Shown here piece by piece: positions 1 through 10,970 of a stretch of 59,598 bases of DNA. A program made the position numbers and the translations under genes. The notes under the pieces are model-generated. The model saw only the letters and a program-made list of their open reading frames with translations, made no database searches and was not told the DNA's origin. This DNA is from Acidiferrobacterales bacterium. Lineage in GTDB: Bacteria > Pseudomonadota > Gammaproteobacteria > Acidiferrobacterales > DATGVQ01. The stretch covers positions 1 to 59,598 of the forward strand of contig DATGVQ010000015.1 of the NCBI GenBank assembly GCA_035300145.1. The letters are read 5' to 3'. Positions within the stretch are counted from its first letter, which is position 1. Every line of letters begins with the position of its first letter.

Positions 1-1168
1 CAAAATAGCCCACTAATAAAGAACCGATGGCATGGCGCTCGCCCGGCGTCCAACCGCCGATCACCAGCTCCTGGCGCTGATGATTTTTAACCTTTAACCA
101 GGCGCCGCTGCGTTTGCCCGGATCATACCGGCTGTCCAGCCGCTTGGCGATAATACCTTCGAGATTTTTTTCCCGGCTGGCGGCCAGCATTGTCCACCCG
201 TCTCCGCGATGGTAAGCCGGCGTTTGCCAAGCCGGGCCGGAGAGTTTCAGCGCCGCCAAATTTTCCCTTCGCTCAATATAAGATAGTGGCATTAGATTGC
301 GCCCCTCCAGGTAAAGCAGATCGAATAGCATGTAGACGACGGGGGTTTCCTTCATCACCCGGCGCACGGCGCTGTCGCTCACAAGACCCATGCGTGTCTG
401 CAGACGCTCGAAGCTGGGCCGGCCGTTCTCATCCAGCGCCACGATTTCACCGTCGAGCACGGCAGGCCGCGCCCCCAGCGCTTCGCCCAACGGGCGCAAT
501 TCCGGATATTGGCGGGTGATGTCCAGCAAGTTGCGGCTCTGGATGCGCACGCGGCCGCCTTCGATGTATAAAATTGCGCGGATACCATCCCATTTAATTT
601 CATAAGCGTAGTGCGCATCATCCGAGGGCAAAGCAGAAAGCCTGGTCAACATCGGGACCAGCGTTTCCGGCATGGGTTCTAACGCCGGATTTTGCGGCGG
701 ATCCATGCGATGGATCATCCATTTTTTGCCGCCGGTTCGAAACAATACGTATTTTCCTTGCACCCGCCGGCCATGCAGGGTAACCACCACTTCGTCATCG
801 CGGAATTTGTGGCATTCATACGTTCCTTTGTCCCAGATATAAACTTGCCCGGCGCCGTAATTCCCCTCCGGAATTTCGCCGGAAAAATTAATATACGATA
901 ACGGATGGTCCTCCACCCGCATTGCCAGGCGGTTTTTGCCGGGATCATCCGGGATGCCCTTAGGCACCGCCCAGGACACCAGCACGCCCTCCCGCTCCAA
1001 ACGAAAATCCCAATGCAAATGGGAAGCATGGTGCTCTTGAATGACGAAACGTAAAGATCCGGCCGCAACGGCGGTATCGCCGGCTTGCTTCGGTTCTGGG
1101 GTGCGGGAGAAATTGCGCTTAGAGCGATATTGCGTCAGGCGCTGTTTGATTTTTCCAGACTTGGTCAT
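1..1168 (-). CDS. ligD: ATP-dependent DNA ligase LigD (3'-phosphoesterase + ligase domains); the 3' end runs off the window
   Basis: Absent from the ORF track because there is no stop in the window. Hand translation from the ATG at 1166-1168 gives MTKSGKIKQRLTQYRSKRNFSRTPEP...LRFVIQEHHASHLHWDFRLE (LigD phosphoesterase signature), then ...YAYEIKWDGIRAILY (ligase motif I, KxDG). The frame stays open to position 1. Confidence 0.85.
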   Translation of the reverse strand, partial: MTKSGKIKQRLTQYRSKRNFSRTPEPKQAGDTAVAAGSLRFVIQEHHASHLHWDFRLEREGVLVSWAVPKGIPDDPGKNRLAMRVEDHPLSYINFSGEIPEGNYGAGQVYIWDKGTYECHKFRDDEVVVTLHGRRVQGKYVLFRTGGKKWMIHRMDPPQNPALEPMPETLVPMLTRLSALPSDDAHYAYEIKWDGIRAILYIEGGRVRIQSRNLLDITRQYPELRPLGEALGARPAVLDGEIVALDENGRPSFERLQTRMGLVSDSAVRRVMKETPVVYMLFDLLYLEGRNLMPLSYIERRENLAALKLSGPAWQTPAYHRGDGWTMLAASREKNLEGIIAKRLDSRYDPGKRSGAWLKVKNHQRQELVIGGWTPGERHAIGSLLVGYF

Positions 1169-1320
1169 CTTGTCTGCAACGCAGCCCATATTGAATGACA
1201 GTTGAGCAATCGAACCTACCTTGATCGTTACTCCTGCCCATCCGACTTTGATGCGATGCTTATCAATACGGCAAAAAGCTGATTATTTATGACAGAAGAA
1301 CAAACTCGGCAAAAGACGAG

Positions 1321-1437
1321 AAAGTGGCTTTGATTACTGGCGGCGACAGCGGTATCGATCGCGCCATGAACAAGATGCTTTTTGAACCTCTTATTGCAGC
1401 TAAAACGGGCATCCCTGCCCTTACGCGACGCGCGTAA
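1321..1437 (+). pseudogene. short-chain dehydrogenase (SDR) gene fragment
   Basis: The frame reads KVALITGGDSGIDRAMNKML...*, so only the N-terminal Rossmann TGxxxGIG-type motif survives. An out-of-frame ATG at 1289 stops after 14 codons. There is no full-length ORF. Confidence 0.25.
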
Positions 1438-1510
1438 TCAATCCCTTGTGCAGCATTGTGCCTGTGCATCAGGCCGGCATCTTCCGACTAAGGTCGGAGA
1501 CAATTGATGT

Positions 1511-2434
<924 letters not shown>

Positions 2435-2485
2435 TTACCGTATTCCTTGGCCGAAGTCAGCTATTTAAGAAGAATTCTGGAAATA

Positions 2486-2511
2486 AAAAGGGCCGCTGAA
2501 CGGCCCTTTTC
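2486..2511 (-). terminator. rho-independent terminator downstream of hsp20
   Basis: The minus strand reads GAAAAGGGCCGTTCAGCGGCCCTTTTTATTT: a GGGCCG/CGGCCC stem followed by a T-run, 28 nt after the hsp20 stop. Confidence 0.6.
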
Positions 2512-2538
2512 AATGAATCCCCGGAATTGCAAGGGGTG

Positions 2539-2994
2539 TTAGCCCACCGCGATCTTTTTCGGTTTCACTTCGTCCGCTTTCGGCAATACTAATTCCAATA
2601 TCCCGTCTTTGTAATTTGCCTTGACTTTCTTTTCGTCGATTTGGGTGTCCAACCGCAGGCTGCGGGTGTACTTTCCATAGCGCCGCTCCTGGCGAATAAC
2701 CCGATTACCCTCTTTCTCCTCGTGCTCTTCCCTGGATTCCCCGCTAATGGTTAATACCCCGTCCGCCAAGGTAACTTCGATGGCGTCCTTGGGTACCCCC
2801 GGCATTTCGGCGCGAATCAAATACTCATTATCCCGCTCGGTGACGTCGATTGCCGGCACCAGGCCTTGGCCAGTTACCTCGCCAAATCGGCGCAAGGGGC
2901 GGAAGAAGCCTTCAAATAAATTATCAAAATCATCGCTCAAAAGATTACGGCTAGGCGTTTGTTGCATTAACGTGTTCATCCCAATCACCTCCAA
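2539..2994 (-). CDS. small heat-shock protein, Hsp20/alpha-crystallin family (IbpA-like)
   Basis: 151-aa ORF with ...PAIDVTERDNEYLIRAEMPGV...GVLTISGE...DGILELVLPK. The start could instead be the MNTLMQQ Met at 2979. Confidence 0.9.
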   Translation of the reverse strand: MEVIGMNTLMQQTPSRNLLSDDFDNLFEGFFRPLRRFGEVTGQGLVPAIDVTERDNEYLIRAEMPGVPKDAIEVTLADGVLTISGESREEHEEKEGNRVIRQERRYGKYTRSLRLDTQIDEKKVKANYKDGILELVLPKADEVKPKKIAVG

Positions 2995-3027
2995 AATTTA
3001 AATATCAATGGTCCACCCATGCCGCTA

Positions 3028-3057
3028 TATCTGGGGATACTTTTATAAAATTTCAAG
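3028..3057 (-). promoter_or_regulatory. sigma32-type heat-shock promoter of hsp20
   Basis: The minus strand reads CTTGAAA-N14-CCCCAGATA, matching the sigma32 consensus CTTGAAA-N13-15-CCCCATnT, about 35 nt upstream of the ORF. Confidence 0.55.
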
Positions 3058-3088
3058 CGGCCAAAAAGGGTAGAAAAGGTCTCAGGCG

Positions 3089-4435
3089 TTAGAGAATATA
3101 GCGGGCCAAATCTTCATCCCCCGCCAGCTCAGCCAAATGGGCGTCCACATAGCTGGCGTCGATGGTAATCTTTTGACCGCTTTGGTCGGCGGCTTCAAAC
3201 GAGGCGGTTTCCAGCAGACGCTCCATGACGGTATGCAGGCGCCGGGCGCCGATATTTTCGGTCTTCTCGTTGACCCGCCACGCGACTTCGGCGAGACGGC
3301 GAACGCCATCGGGCACGAACTCCAATTGCAATCCCTCCGTTGCCATGAGCGCCGCATATTGTTCCGTCAGGGAAGCGTCCGGTTCGGTTAAAATCCGCAC
3401 AAAATCCTCCACATTCAAGGCCTCCAGCTCGACCCGGATGGGCAAACGCCCTTGTAATTCCGGGATGAGATCGGACGGCCTGGATAGATGAAACGCGCCG
3501 GAGGCGATAAAAAGAATATGATCGCTCTTCACCATGCCGTATTTGGTCGAGACCGTAGACCCCTCCACCAGCGGCAGCAAATCCCGCTGCACGCCTTCAC
3601 GCGAAACGTCCGGCCCGCGCGTATCGGAACGGCCGACGATCTTATCGATCTCGTCAATAAAAACAATGCCGTTTTGTTCTACCCGCTCCACCGCCTTGGC
3701 TTTGAGGTCGTCGTCGTTGATTAACCGCGCCGCCTCATCTTCAGCGAGCAGCTTCATGGCCTCCTTAATTTTCACTTTGCGCGACTTGGTGCGGCGATTG
3801 CCGATGCCCTGAAACAGGCTTTGTAATTGGCTGGTCATTTCTTCCATGCCCGGCGGGGCGAAGATTTCCACCCCCAACGGCGCCGTCCGGAGTTCGATCT
3901 CAATCTCCTGCTCATCGAGGCCGCCTTCGCGCAGTTTTTTACGGAAACGCTGGCGCGCGGCGCTGTCGCCTTCCGCCCGGGAGGTCTCCGCGCCGATGGC
4001 ATAAGGCATATCCCGCGCGGAAGGTAACAAAATATCCAGTATCCTGTCTTCGGCGGCGTCTTCGGCGCGTTGCCGCACTTTGGCCATTTCTTCCATGCGG
4101 GTCATCTTCACCGAAACTTCCACCAAATCACGAATGATTGAATCGACATCCCGGCCGACATAGCCGACTTCGGTAAATTTAGTCGCCTCTACCTTGATGA
4201 AAGGCGCTTGCGCCAATTTCGCCAGGCGGCGCGCGATTTCGGTTTTGCCCACGCCTGTCGGCCCGATCATCAGGATATTTTTCGGGGTGATTTCATTGCG
4301 CAGTTCGGCATTCGCCACTTGCGCGCGCCGCCAGCGGTTGCGTAACGCGATAGCGACCGCGCGTTTGGCGGCGTTTTGGCCGATGATATGTTTGTCCAGC
4401 TCCTGGACGATTTCACGTGGAGTCATTGATGACAT
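3089..4435 (-). CDS. hslU: ATP-dependent protease ATPase subunit HslU
   Basis: 448 aa with [17 protein letters not shown]..., Walker [16 protein letters not shown], and [10 protein letters not shown]. Confidence 0.97.
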   Translation of the reverse strand: MSSMTPREIVQELDKHIIGQNAAKRAVAIALRNRWRRAQVANAELRNEITPKNILMIGPTGVGKTEIARRLAKLAQAPFIKVEATKFTEVGYVGRDVDSIIRDLVEVSVKMTRMEEMAKVRQRAEDAAEDRILDILLPSARDMPYAIGAETSRAEGDSAARQRFRKKLREGGLDEQEIEIELRTAPLGVEIFAPPGMEEMTSQLQSLFQGIGNRRTKSRKVKIKEAMKLLAEDEAARLINDDDLKAKAVERVEQNGIVFIDEIDKIVGRSDTRGPDVSREGVQRDLLPLVEGSTVSTKYGMVKSDHILFIASGAFHLSRPSDLIPELQGRLPIRVELEALNVEDFVRILTEPDASLTEQYAALMATEGLQLEFVPDGVRRLAEVAWRVNEKTENIGARRLHTVMERLLETASFEAADQSGQKITIDASYVDAHLAELAGDEDLARYIL

Positions 4436-4440
4436 GGCAA

Positions 4441-4980
4441 TTAAATTTCTAGCTCTTCAATAGTCAAATTATGATTGGTGTAAATACAGATATCGGCGGC
4501 GATACCCAAGGATTTTTCCACGATCTCGCGGGCGGAAAGCGAGGTATGGTCCAATAAGGCGCGCGCGGCGGCCTGCGCGTAGGGGCCGCCTGAACCGATG
4601 GCGATCAAGCCGCCTTCCGGTTCGATGACATCCCCGCTGCCGGTAATGATGAGCGAGGCGGTCTTATCCGCCACTGCCAGCAACGCCTCCAAGCGGCGCA
4701 GAATGCGGTCGGTGCGCCAATCCTTCGCTAACTCGACGGCCGAGCGCATGAGATTGCCTTGGTGCTTTTCCAGCTTGGCTTCAAAGCGCTCAAATAGGGT
4801 AAACGCATCCGCGGTGCCGCCGGCAAAACCGGCGATAATACGGTCTTTATAAAGGCGCCGCACCTTACGGGCGTTGCCTTTCATGATGGTGTTGCCCATC
4901 GATACCTGGCCGTCACCGCCGATCACAACCTTTTGCGCCTGGCGTACAGAAAGAATGGTGGTTCCGCGATATTGTTCCAA
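4441..4980 (-). CDS. hslV: ATP-dependent protease subunit HslV
   Basis: 179 aa with ...TTILSVR...GDGQVS...[10 protein letters not shown]. The start codon is TTG, leaving a 6-residue extension (MEQYRG) before the catalytic Thr. Confidence 0.95.
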   Translation of the reverse strand: MEQYRGTTILSVRQAQKVVIGGDGQVSMGNTIMKGNARKVRRLYKDRIIAGFAGGTADAFTLFERFEAKLEKHQGNLMRSAVELAKDWRTDRILRRLEALLAVADKTASLIITGSGDVIEPEGGLIAIGSGGPYAQAAARALLDHTSLSAREIVEKSLGIAADICIYTNHNLTIEELEI

Positions 4981-5010
4981 GAAGAGTTCCTATAAAAATT
5001 CCAAAGTGTA

Positions 5011-5040
5011 TAGATGGAGGCGGTGGAACGAAAAGCCAAG
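5011..5040 (-). promoter_or_regulatory. possible sigma32-type promoter of hslVU
   Basis: The minus strand reads CTTGGCT-N13-CCTCCATCTA, a weaker match to the sigma32 consensus. Confidence 0.3.
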
Positions 5041-5113
5041 CTATTTTACCCCAAAAGCCCCTTTCTCCACCTGCATTTGGTGCAAATTTTGCAGAGAATC
5101 TAGAAAAGCTTTT

Positions 5114-5200
5114 TTGCTATTCGGCGACCTTAAACCTGGCATGTACGTTTCCGAGTTGGATCGCCCATGGCTGGAAACTCCCTTTTTATTTCAAAGCTTT
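5114..5200 (+). pseudogene. N-terminal remnant of an HD-GYP-associated (DUF3391-like) protein
   Basis: The frame reads LLFGDLKPGMYVSELDRPWLETPFLFQSF. This is the characteristic start of HD-GYP phosphodiesterase N-domains. Similarity ends where the convergent xerC 3' end begins. Confidence 0.3.
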
Positions 5201-6116
5201 AAGATGGCTCGGACGCGGTGGATTTTTTTCTCGCCCGCGGGTGCGCCTGATCGTAAACCTTGGCTAAGTGTTGAAAATCCAAGTGAGTATAAATCTGCGT
5301 GGTGGAAATGTCGGCGTGCCCGAGCAATTCCTGCACCGCGCGCAGATCACTGCTGGACTCCAGCAGGTGGCTGGCGAAAGAGTGACGCAACATATGCGGG
5401 TGGACCGGCATCGCCAGTCCCTGGCGCAGCCCCCAATAGCGCACCCGCTGTTGTACCAAACGGATGCTCAAGCGTTCCCCGGAGCGATTGATAAACAAAG
5501 CTTCCGTATCGGCCGCGGCTTTAAGCGCGCGTGCCGGGAGCCAGCAACTTAACGCTTCAAGAGCGTAACGGCCTACCGGCACGTCACGTTGTTTCTTGCC
5601 TTTACCGGTTACCCGCACGGTGCCATCGAAAAGATCCGGCAGATCTAACGCGACCAGTTCGGCGACCCGCAAACCGGAGGAATATAATAATTCCAGTATG
5701 GCGCGGTCGCGCAATGTGAGAAAAACCCGGTCCTCCGCGGCAACCGGCATGAGCCTACCGGCTTGCTCGACGCTGAGTGTTTCGGGCAGCAATTTTGCCG
5801 ACTTAGGTCCACGAATGCCGACGATGGGATTCTGCTTAACCAATCCTTGGCGCAACAGATAACGGTAGAAGGAGCGCGCCGCCGAGAGCATGCGCCGTAT
5901 GCTCTTGCCGGCAAGGCCTCGGCGATGCAGGGAGGCGGCGTAGGTGCGCGCCTGATCGATATCAAGATCGGCCCACTTCTTAATATTTTGTTTGTTGCAA
6001 AAGGCGTGCAGACAAGCCAGATCACGCCCATAATTTTTAATTGTGTGCGGGGATAAGTGCCGGTTTTGCAGATGCGCGAGAAATTGCTTTATGTGCAGCG
6101 TTTCGGCTTTAGTCAT
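5199..6116 (-). CDS. xerC: tyrosine recombinase XerC
   Basis: The track ORF is 5199..6254. The likely start is MTKAETLHIKQF at 6116, which avoids overlap with the upstream gene. The C-terminus reads HMLRHSFASHLLE...LGHADISTTQIYTH. Confidence 0.9.
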   Translation of the reverse strand: MTKAETLHIKQFLAHLQNRHLSPHTIKNYGRDLACLHAFCNKQNIKKWADLDIDQARTYAASLHRRGLAGKSIRRMLSAARSFYRYLLRQGLVKQNPIVGIRGPKSAKLLPETLSVEQAGRLMPVAAEDRVFLTLRDRAILELLYSSGLRVAELVALDLPDLFDGTVRVTGKGKKQRDVPVGRYALEALSCWLPARALKAAADTEALFINRSGERLSIRLVQQRVRYWGLRQGLAMPVHPHMLRHSFASHLLESSSDLRAVQELLGHADISTTQIYTHLDFQHLAKVYDQAHPRARKKSTASEPS

Positions 6117-6142
6117 GAGAATTGAACAGAAGCCGGCATGCA

Positions 6143-6838
6143 TTAGGCATGAAGATAACGCGCCACTCCACGCATTAATAGCTCTCCCAGGCGGGTAAGG
6201 TAGATGGTGCCCATTTCCGGATGGAACCGGTGCGGATCGCGGCTGCCCATGCAAAGCAACCCCTCACGCAAGGGGTCTTTGAGCGCAATCAAGGTGGTGG
6301 ATTTAATTTCGGAAGCGAGCTCGGAAAATAAATAGGCCATCGTTTCCGTCTCATACCTACCGCCACAGACGGGGCCCTTCGCGCGGCATTGTTTTATAAG
6401 TGCTTGGAATTCTTCATCACCAGCAGTGATAAATTCCGGCCTGCCATGATGGCCATCAACTTCCGCATTAAGCAGAATCACCACCGCATCCAGCTTAAAT
6501 TCCTGCCGCAACATATCTTTCGCGGTATCCAACACATCGTCCAACGATGCCGAATCCACCATCGCCACGGCAAAGCGGTGCAAACGCTCGCTCAGGATAT
6601 CGTTCTCGCGCGCAACCGTAACAAGCTCACGCATTTGTTGCTGCACGGCCAGGTTGCGATCGCGTAACACCTGCACCTGGCGCTCGATCAGGGAAATGGC
6701 CTTGCCGCGCCCCACATGCGGCAGGCGTATAGCCGCCAAAATGTCCGGGCGGCGCTCAAAATACTCCGGATTGTCTTCCAGATATCTGGAAACAGCCTCC
6801 TCCCAGGATAATTCTTCGCTCGGTAATTTTTTGCTCAT
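6143..6838 (-). CDS. DUF484 family protein (YigA-like)
   Basis: 231 aa. It sits in the conserved position between dapF and xerC, as in E. coli dapF-yigA-xerC. Confidence 0.8.
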   Translation of the reverse strand: MSKKLPSEELSWEEAVSRYLEDNPEYFERRPDILAAIRLPHVGRGKAISLIERQVQVLRDRNLAVQQQMRELVTVARENDILSERLHRFAVAMVDSASLDDVLDTAKDMLRQEFKLDAVVILLNAEVDGHHGRPEFITAGDEEFQALIKQCRAKGPVCGGRYETETMAYLFSELASEIKSTTLIALKDPLREGLLCMGSRDPHRFHPEMGTIYLTRLGELLMRGVARYLHA

Positions 6839-7674
6839 AAATTATCCAAATTGATGCTGCCGTCATAAACCGTAGTCGCCGGGCCCGTCATCCATACCGG
6901 CTCTCCCTCTCCTTGCCAGAATATGCGCAACCTCCCGCCACGCACTGCCACCTCAACGGTATCGTCAAGCAGATGTCTTAGGCGCCCCGCAACTACCGCG
7001 GCGCAAGCGCCGCTGCCGCAGGCCAGCGTCTCGCCCGTTCCGCGTTCGTATACCCGCAAACGGATATGTGTCCTATCTATTATTTGCATATAGCCGGCAT
7101 TGCCACGCTGCGGGAAGCGCACATGATTTTCTATCAGTGGTCCCTGGCTGGTAACCGGTGCGCGCTCCACATCCTCTACAATCTGCACTGCATGTGGGTT
7201 ACCGACAGACAGCACGCTCACTGGTACAATTTCTCCCCCGATATCCAAATTATAGACGGGTTGCCTACGCTCCGCCTGAAAAGGCACGTGAGCCGGGTCG
7301 AATTGCGGCACACCCATGTTGACTCTCACTTGCCCATCGGCCTCAACAGTGGGGTAGATGATACCGGATAGGGTCTCTACTGCAAGCTCGCTCTTGTCAG
7401 TCAAGCCTTTTTCGCGTACAAAGCGGGCGAAGCAACGCGCGCCGTTACCGCATTGCTCAACTTCGCCGCCATCGGCATTGAAAATTCGGTAACGAAAATC
7501 AATGTTCTTTTTATCAGAAGCAGCGACCACCAGAACTTGATCGCAGCCTATACCGAATCGCCGGTCGGCGATTTTGCGTATCTGCGCCGGGGTTAACGAA
7601 AACGACTGGCGCACACCGTCCAGCACGACGAAATCATTACCTAAACCATGCATCTTCGTGAAAGCAAGCAACAT
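6835..7674 (-). CDS. dapF: diaminopimelate epimerase
   Basis: 279 aa with [12 protein letters not shown]...[10 protein letters not shown]...SVGNPHAV...ACGSGACA. Confidence 0.95.
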   Translation of the reverse strand: MLLAFTKMHGLGNDFVVLDGVRQSFSLTPAQIRKIADRRFGIGCDQVLVVAASDKKNIDFRYRIFNADGGEVEQCGNGARCFARFVREKGLTDKSELAVETLSGIIYPTVEADGQVRVNMGVPQFDPAHVPFQAERRQPVYNLDIGGEIVPVSVLSVGNPHAVQIVEDVERAPVTSQGPLIENHVRFPQRGNAGYMQIIDRTHIRLRVYERGTGETLACGSGACAAVVAGRLRHLLDDTVEVAVRGGRLRIFWQGEGEPVWMTGPATTVYDGSINLDNL

Positions 7675-7743
7675 GGTACAAGATTACCGCGCCTGTAAAG
7701 GTAAATAAATATAAAGGTAAATAAATATTAAAATGGCTTCTTA

Positions 7744-8004
7744 ATGAGTGAGTTCTGGCAAAAATCCCTGGAAAAGATCAAACGCAGGCGCTGGTTGCGT
7801 AATACGTTGGGGTTTTTTCTGGTCATCGGCGGCGTATTGGGGCCGTTTTTACCGGTCTTGGGGATTTGGATGTTGCCGCTGGGATTAATCTTGTTATCGA
7901 TCGATTTTCCTCGGGCCAAACGTTATCACGACCACTATCACGCGTGGTGGGAACGACGCAAGCAGAAAATTAAGTCTCGCGACAAAAACGGCCGAACGCG
8001 ATGA
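7744..8004 (+). CDS. small two-TM membrane protein (PGPGW-like)
   Basis: 86 aa with LGFFLVIGGVLGPFLPVLGIWMLPLGLILLSIDFPRAKR. The family assignment is from memory. Confidence 0.5.
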   Translation: MSEFWQKSLEKIKRRRWLRNTLGFFLVIGGVLGPFLPVLGIWMLPLGLILLSIDFPRAKRYHDHYHAWWERRKQKIKSRDKNGRTR

Positions 8005-8653
8005 TATGCCGGTCGCTGACGAACTGCGTCTGCAGATACGGGAGCCCGGCCTGCCTTAACTGCTGCTGAATCTCTTCCAATCGATAAGCGGCAAACAGGG
8101 AATTTAAGAAATCGCGCTTTAAAATCGCCGGTTCAGCGGCGGCATAGTTCTCTACCAAAGCTTCAGCCTCGGCGCGCGACGCGGGGCGCGCCAAATCCAT
8201 TACAAAGATTGCCGCACGTTTTGCCGCCAGCGCTTTAATCGTTCGCCACAACACCATGGGATTAGCCAGATGATGCAGCAGGCTATTGCTAATCACGGTA
8301 TCAAACTCGGTTTGCGGCAGAACAGCATGGGGAAAAGCCAATGGCAAGCGCGCTCGGATCAGGCGCACCCGGGGCCGCAACCCCTCGGCCGCCAAAGCGG
8401 TGCGGCCGAAGGCCAGCATCGCCTCTGAAGCATCTACACCCACGATCTCGCATTCCGGATAAGCCTTAGCAAACCGGATCGTAATGTCCGCCGGGCCGCA
8501 ACCCAGATCGAGGACGCGCGCCACCCGGTGATGCGCGAAACATTGTTTGAAGTGATTGACGAAGGCTTGATGCGGCTGGGAAAAATCCGCCAGTGCATAG
8601 GCGCGCGCCTGTTCCGGATCATCCATTACTTCCGCTTCCGGGATTCTATCCAT
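7970..8653 (-). CDS. class I SAM-dependent methyltransferase
   Basis: 227 aa with motif I VLDLGCGPADITI. Confidence 0.8.
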   Translation of the reverse strand: MDRIPEAEVMDDPEQARAYALADFSQPHQAFVNHFKQCFAHHRVARVLDLGCGPADITIRFAKAYPECEIVGVDASEAMLAFGRTALAAEGLRPRVRLIRARLPLAFPHAVLPQTEFDTVISNSLLHHLANPMVLWRTIKALAAKRAAIFVMDLARPASRAEAEALVENYAAAEPAILKRDFLNSLFAAYRLEEIQQQLRQAGLPYLQTQFVSDRHIIAFGRFCRET

Positions 8654-8658
8654 CGCCT

Positions 8659-9921
8659 TTAATTTGGGAGCAGCGATTCCGGCGCGATCAATTCCGCTAC
8701 CGTCTCCCGGCGGCGCACGACGTAAAACCTGTCACCGTCCACCATCACCTCGGGTGCGCGTGGACGGGTATTATAATTCGAACTCATGGAGGCGCCGTAA
8801 GCGCCGGCGGAATGAACGGCGAGCCAGTCGCCGGGCGCAATAGTTAATTCGCGCCCGCGGCCGAGAAAATCCACGCTCTCGCATACCGGGCCGACCACAT
8901 CATATGTTCGCGCGGGCGCTTGCGTTTGCCGTACCGGCACAATTTCTTGCCAGGCATCGTAAAGCGCCGGCCGCATCAGGTCGTTCATTGCCGCATCGAC
9001 GATGGCGAAGTTCTTTGCCTGCGTTAGTTTTAAATATTCCACGCGCGTCAACAATAAACCTGCGTTGCCGACAATGGCGCGGCCGGGTTCGATCAGGATG
9101 CGCAACTGGCGATAGGCGGCGCGCGATTTCTCTAACCGGCGTATTATCGCCGAAACATACTCCATAGGCGTGGGCGGGGTTTCATCGCGGTAGCGGATAC
9201 CCAACCCACCGCCGAGATCGAGATGCTGCAATACGATGCCCTTCATCGACAACTCGCCGACCACGTGCAATACCCGTGTCAAGGCATCGGCAAACGGCGC
9301 GAGCTCAGTGAGCTGGGAGCCGATATGGCAATCAATGCCGGTAATCGCGATATGCGGCATTTCCTGCGCCTGCATATAAAAAGTGTGCGCCCGATCAACA
9401 GTGATGCCGAATTTATTTTCCTTAAGCCCGGTCGCGATATAGGGATGGGTGCGGGCGTCTACATCCGGATTGACACGCAATGACACCGGCGCACGCCGGC
9501 CTAACTCACCCGCTATTTGATTTAACCGCTCCAGCTCGCTTTTGGATTCGATATTGAAACAATGTATTCCCACTTCCAATGCACGGCGCATTTCTTCGGC
9601 GGTCTTGCCCACGCCGGAAAAGATAATTTTATTCGGATCGCCACCGGCCGCGAGTACCCGTTCCAGCTCGCCGCCGGAGACAATGTCAAAACCGGAGCCG
9701 AGGCGCGCCAGAACATCAAGCACCGCTAAATTGGAGTTCGCTTTGACGGCATAACAGACTAGATGCACGTGTTCGCCGAAGGCGACGTCAAATGCGCGCC
9801 ATTGCGCCTCAATCATGGCGCGCGAATAGACATAGCACGGCGTACCCACCTGCTTGGCAATATCGGCAAGCGGCACGTTTTCGGCAAATAAGTGCCCGCC
9901 GCGGTAAATAAAGACTTCCAT
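8659..9921 (-). CDS. lysA: diaminopimelate decarboxylase
   Basis: The track ORF starts at a TTG (9924). An ATG lies one codon in, at 9921. The sequence contains ...YAVKANSN... (PLP lysine) and ...CESVD.... Confidence 0.95.
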   Translation of the reverse strand: MEVFIYRGGHLFAENVPLADIAKQVGTPCYVYSRAMIEAQWRAFDVAFGEHVHLVCYAVKANSNLAVLDVLARLGSGFDIVSGGELERVLAAGGDPNKIIFSGVGKTAEEMRRALEVGIHCFNIESKSELERLNQIAGELGRRAPVSLRVNPDVDARTHPYIATGLKENKFGITVDRAHTFYMQAQEMPHIAITGIDCHIGSQLTELAPFADALTRVLHVVGELSMKGIVLQHLDLGGGLGIRYRDETPPTPMEYVSAIIRRLEKSRAAYRQLRILIEPGRAIVGNAGLLLTRVEYLKLTQAKNFAIVDAAMNDLMRPALYDAWQEIVPVRQTQAPARTYDVVGPVCESVDFLGRGRELTIAPGDWLAVHSAGAYGASMSSNYNTRPRAPEVMVDGDRFYVVRRRETVAELIAPESLLPN

Positions 9922-10082
9922 CAAGGCTGATAACCCGGCGCTGACGGCGGAACTACCCGTTCCTGGCCGTCTTTCTGAGGAAGATAAAGCGGACCTTTCT
10001 TGCCGCAGCCGGAGATCAGCAACATGCCGAGCAGTACGACCGGCAATAGAAAGGTGAAGCGCAATGAATGATAACCATTCAT
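9921..10082 (-). CDS. lptM: small lipoprotein LptM/YifL/LppL family
   Basis: 53-codon ORF, below the track cutoff: MNGYHSLRFTFLLPVVLLGMLLISGCGKKGPLYLPQKDGQERVVPPSAPGYQP. It has a lipobox followed by the GKKGPLYLP hallmark. Its stop overlaps the lysA ATG (TGATG). It sits between cyaY and lysA, the conserved position. Confidence 0.7.
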   Translation of the reverse strand: MNGYHSLRFTFLLPVVLLGMLLISGCGKKGPLYLPQKDGQERVVPPSAPGYQP

Positions 10083-10227
10083 AAGGAATTTCCTAGTTCA
10101 ATAGGGGCTGTAGTTTAGCCTGCTTGGCTTCAACTATAAACATTTTACCTTAGCGCTTAACGATCCATCAGGGACCGGAATAGACCTAGGCCTTGTTCAC
10201 CTGCCAGGTGCTCGGTAACATACTTGT

Positions 10228-10563
10228 ATGATGAATGACGCTGAATTCCAGCAGCAAGTGGCGGACACCTTACTGCGCATCGAGCAGGCGGTAGAGGCTA
10301 GCGGCGTGGATATTGAATTCGAGAACGCCGGCGATATCCTGACGTTGGAATTTGAAAACGGCAGCAAAATTATCATCAACAAACAGGGCGCCGCCAAACA
10401 GATATGGGTGGCGGCGAAAGCCGGCGGGTTTCATTACAACTATGATGCCGCACAAAACCGCTGGCTAAACGATCAAACCGGCGCGGAACTCATGCAAGAG
10501 CTATCGCGACTGGTCAGTACGCAGGCCGGAAGTCCCGTTAGTTTGCACGGACGGCATGAATAG
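10228..10563 (+). CDS. cyaY: frataxin-like iron donor CyaY
   Basis: 111 aa with ...FENAGDILTLEFENGSKIIINKQ...KQIWVAAKAGGFHY. Confidence 0.9.
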   Translation: MMNDAEFQQQVADTLLRIEQAVEASGVDIEFENAGDILTLEFENGSKIIINKQGAAKQIWVAAKAGGFHYNYDAAQNRWLNDQTGAELMQELSRLVSTQAGSPVSLHGRHE

Positions 10564-10574
10564 AAAATACGGAG

Positions 10575-10961
10575 CTAAAAAATTTTTCCCCTGCGCGGAT
10601 ACGGGCGAATGGCAAGGAAAGTGATAATTACCGCCAGCGCAAATAATAGGTAAGCGAGCGTAAATACGGATTCCGGCAGGTCGTAGTACAGCACGCGATG
10701 CAGCCAGCTCCGCATAAAACTGCCGCCATAGGGCCCCCTTAAGCGCAACGCATTTTCCCATTGGGTCAGCGGACAAGCGACGCCGATCAGAGATTCCACC
10801 GCGACAAATAAGATCGCGGCCAGGTGCGCCAAGCGAAACCAGGCATTGCGTATCCACCGCCAGCCCAGGGCGGCGCCGATCCAAATTAAAATCAGCCCGC
10901 CCACCACAAACATCACAAATAGAAAATGGACGGTCAGGATAATATCCGCAAATAACGCCAT
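10575..10961 (-). CDS. DUF2784 membrane protein
   Basis: 128 aa, 4 TM, with the ...CPLTQWENALR motif. Confidence 0.7.
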   Translation of the reverse strand: MALFADIILTVHFLFVMFVVGGLILIWIGAALGWRWIRNAWFRLAHLAAILFVAVESLIGVACPLTQWENALRLRGPYGGSFMRSWLHRVLYYDLPESVFTLAYLLFALAVIITFLAIRPYPRRGKIF

Positions 10962-10970
10962 AAAGCCTGA

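Noticed and set aside
190-1068. Track ORFs 190..519(+), 379..621(-), 390..605(+), 692..901(+) and 715..1068(-)
   Set aside because: All overlap the long open minus-strand ligD frame, which has clear LigD motifs. None shows any protein-like motif.
6117-6254. Long form of xerC (351 aa), and similarly the long forms of hemD (26358), sseA (51728), slp (13360), cupin (45743) and the enoyl-CoA hydratase gene (57977)
   Set aside because: The upstream extensions overlap neighbouring genes or repeats and lack homology. Internal Met codons give N-termini matching the families.
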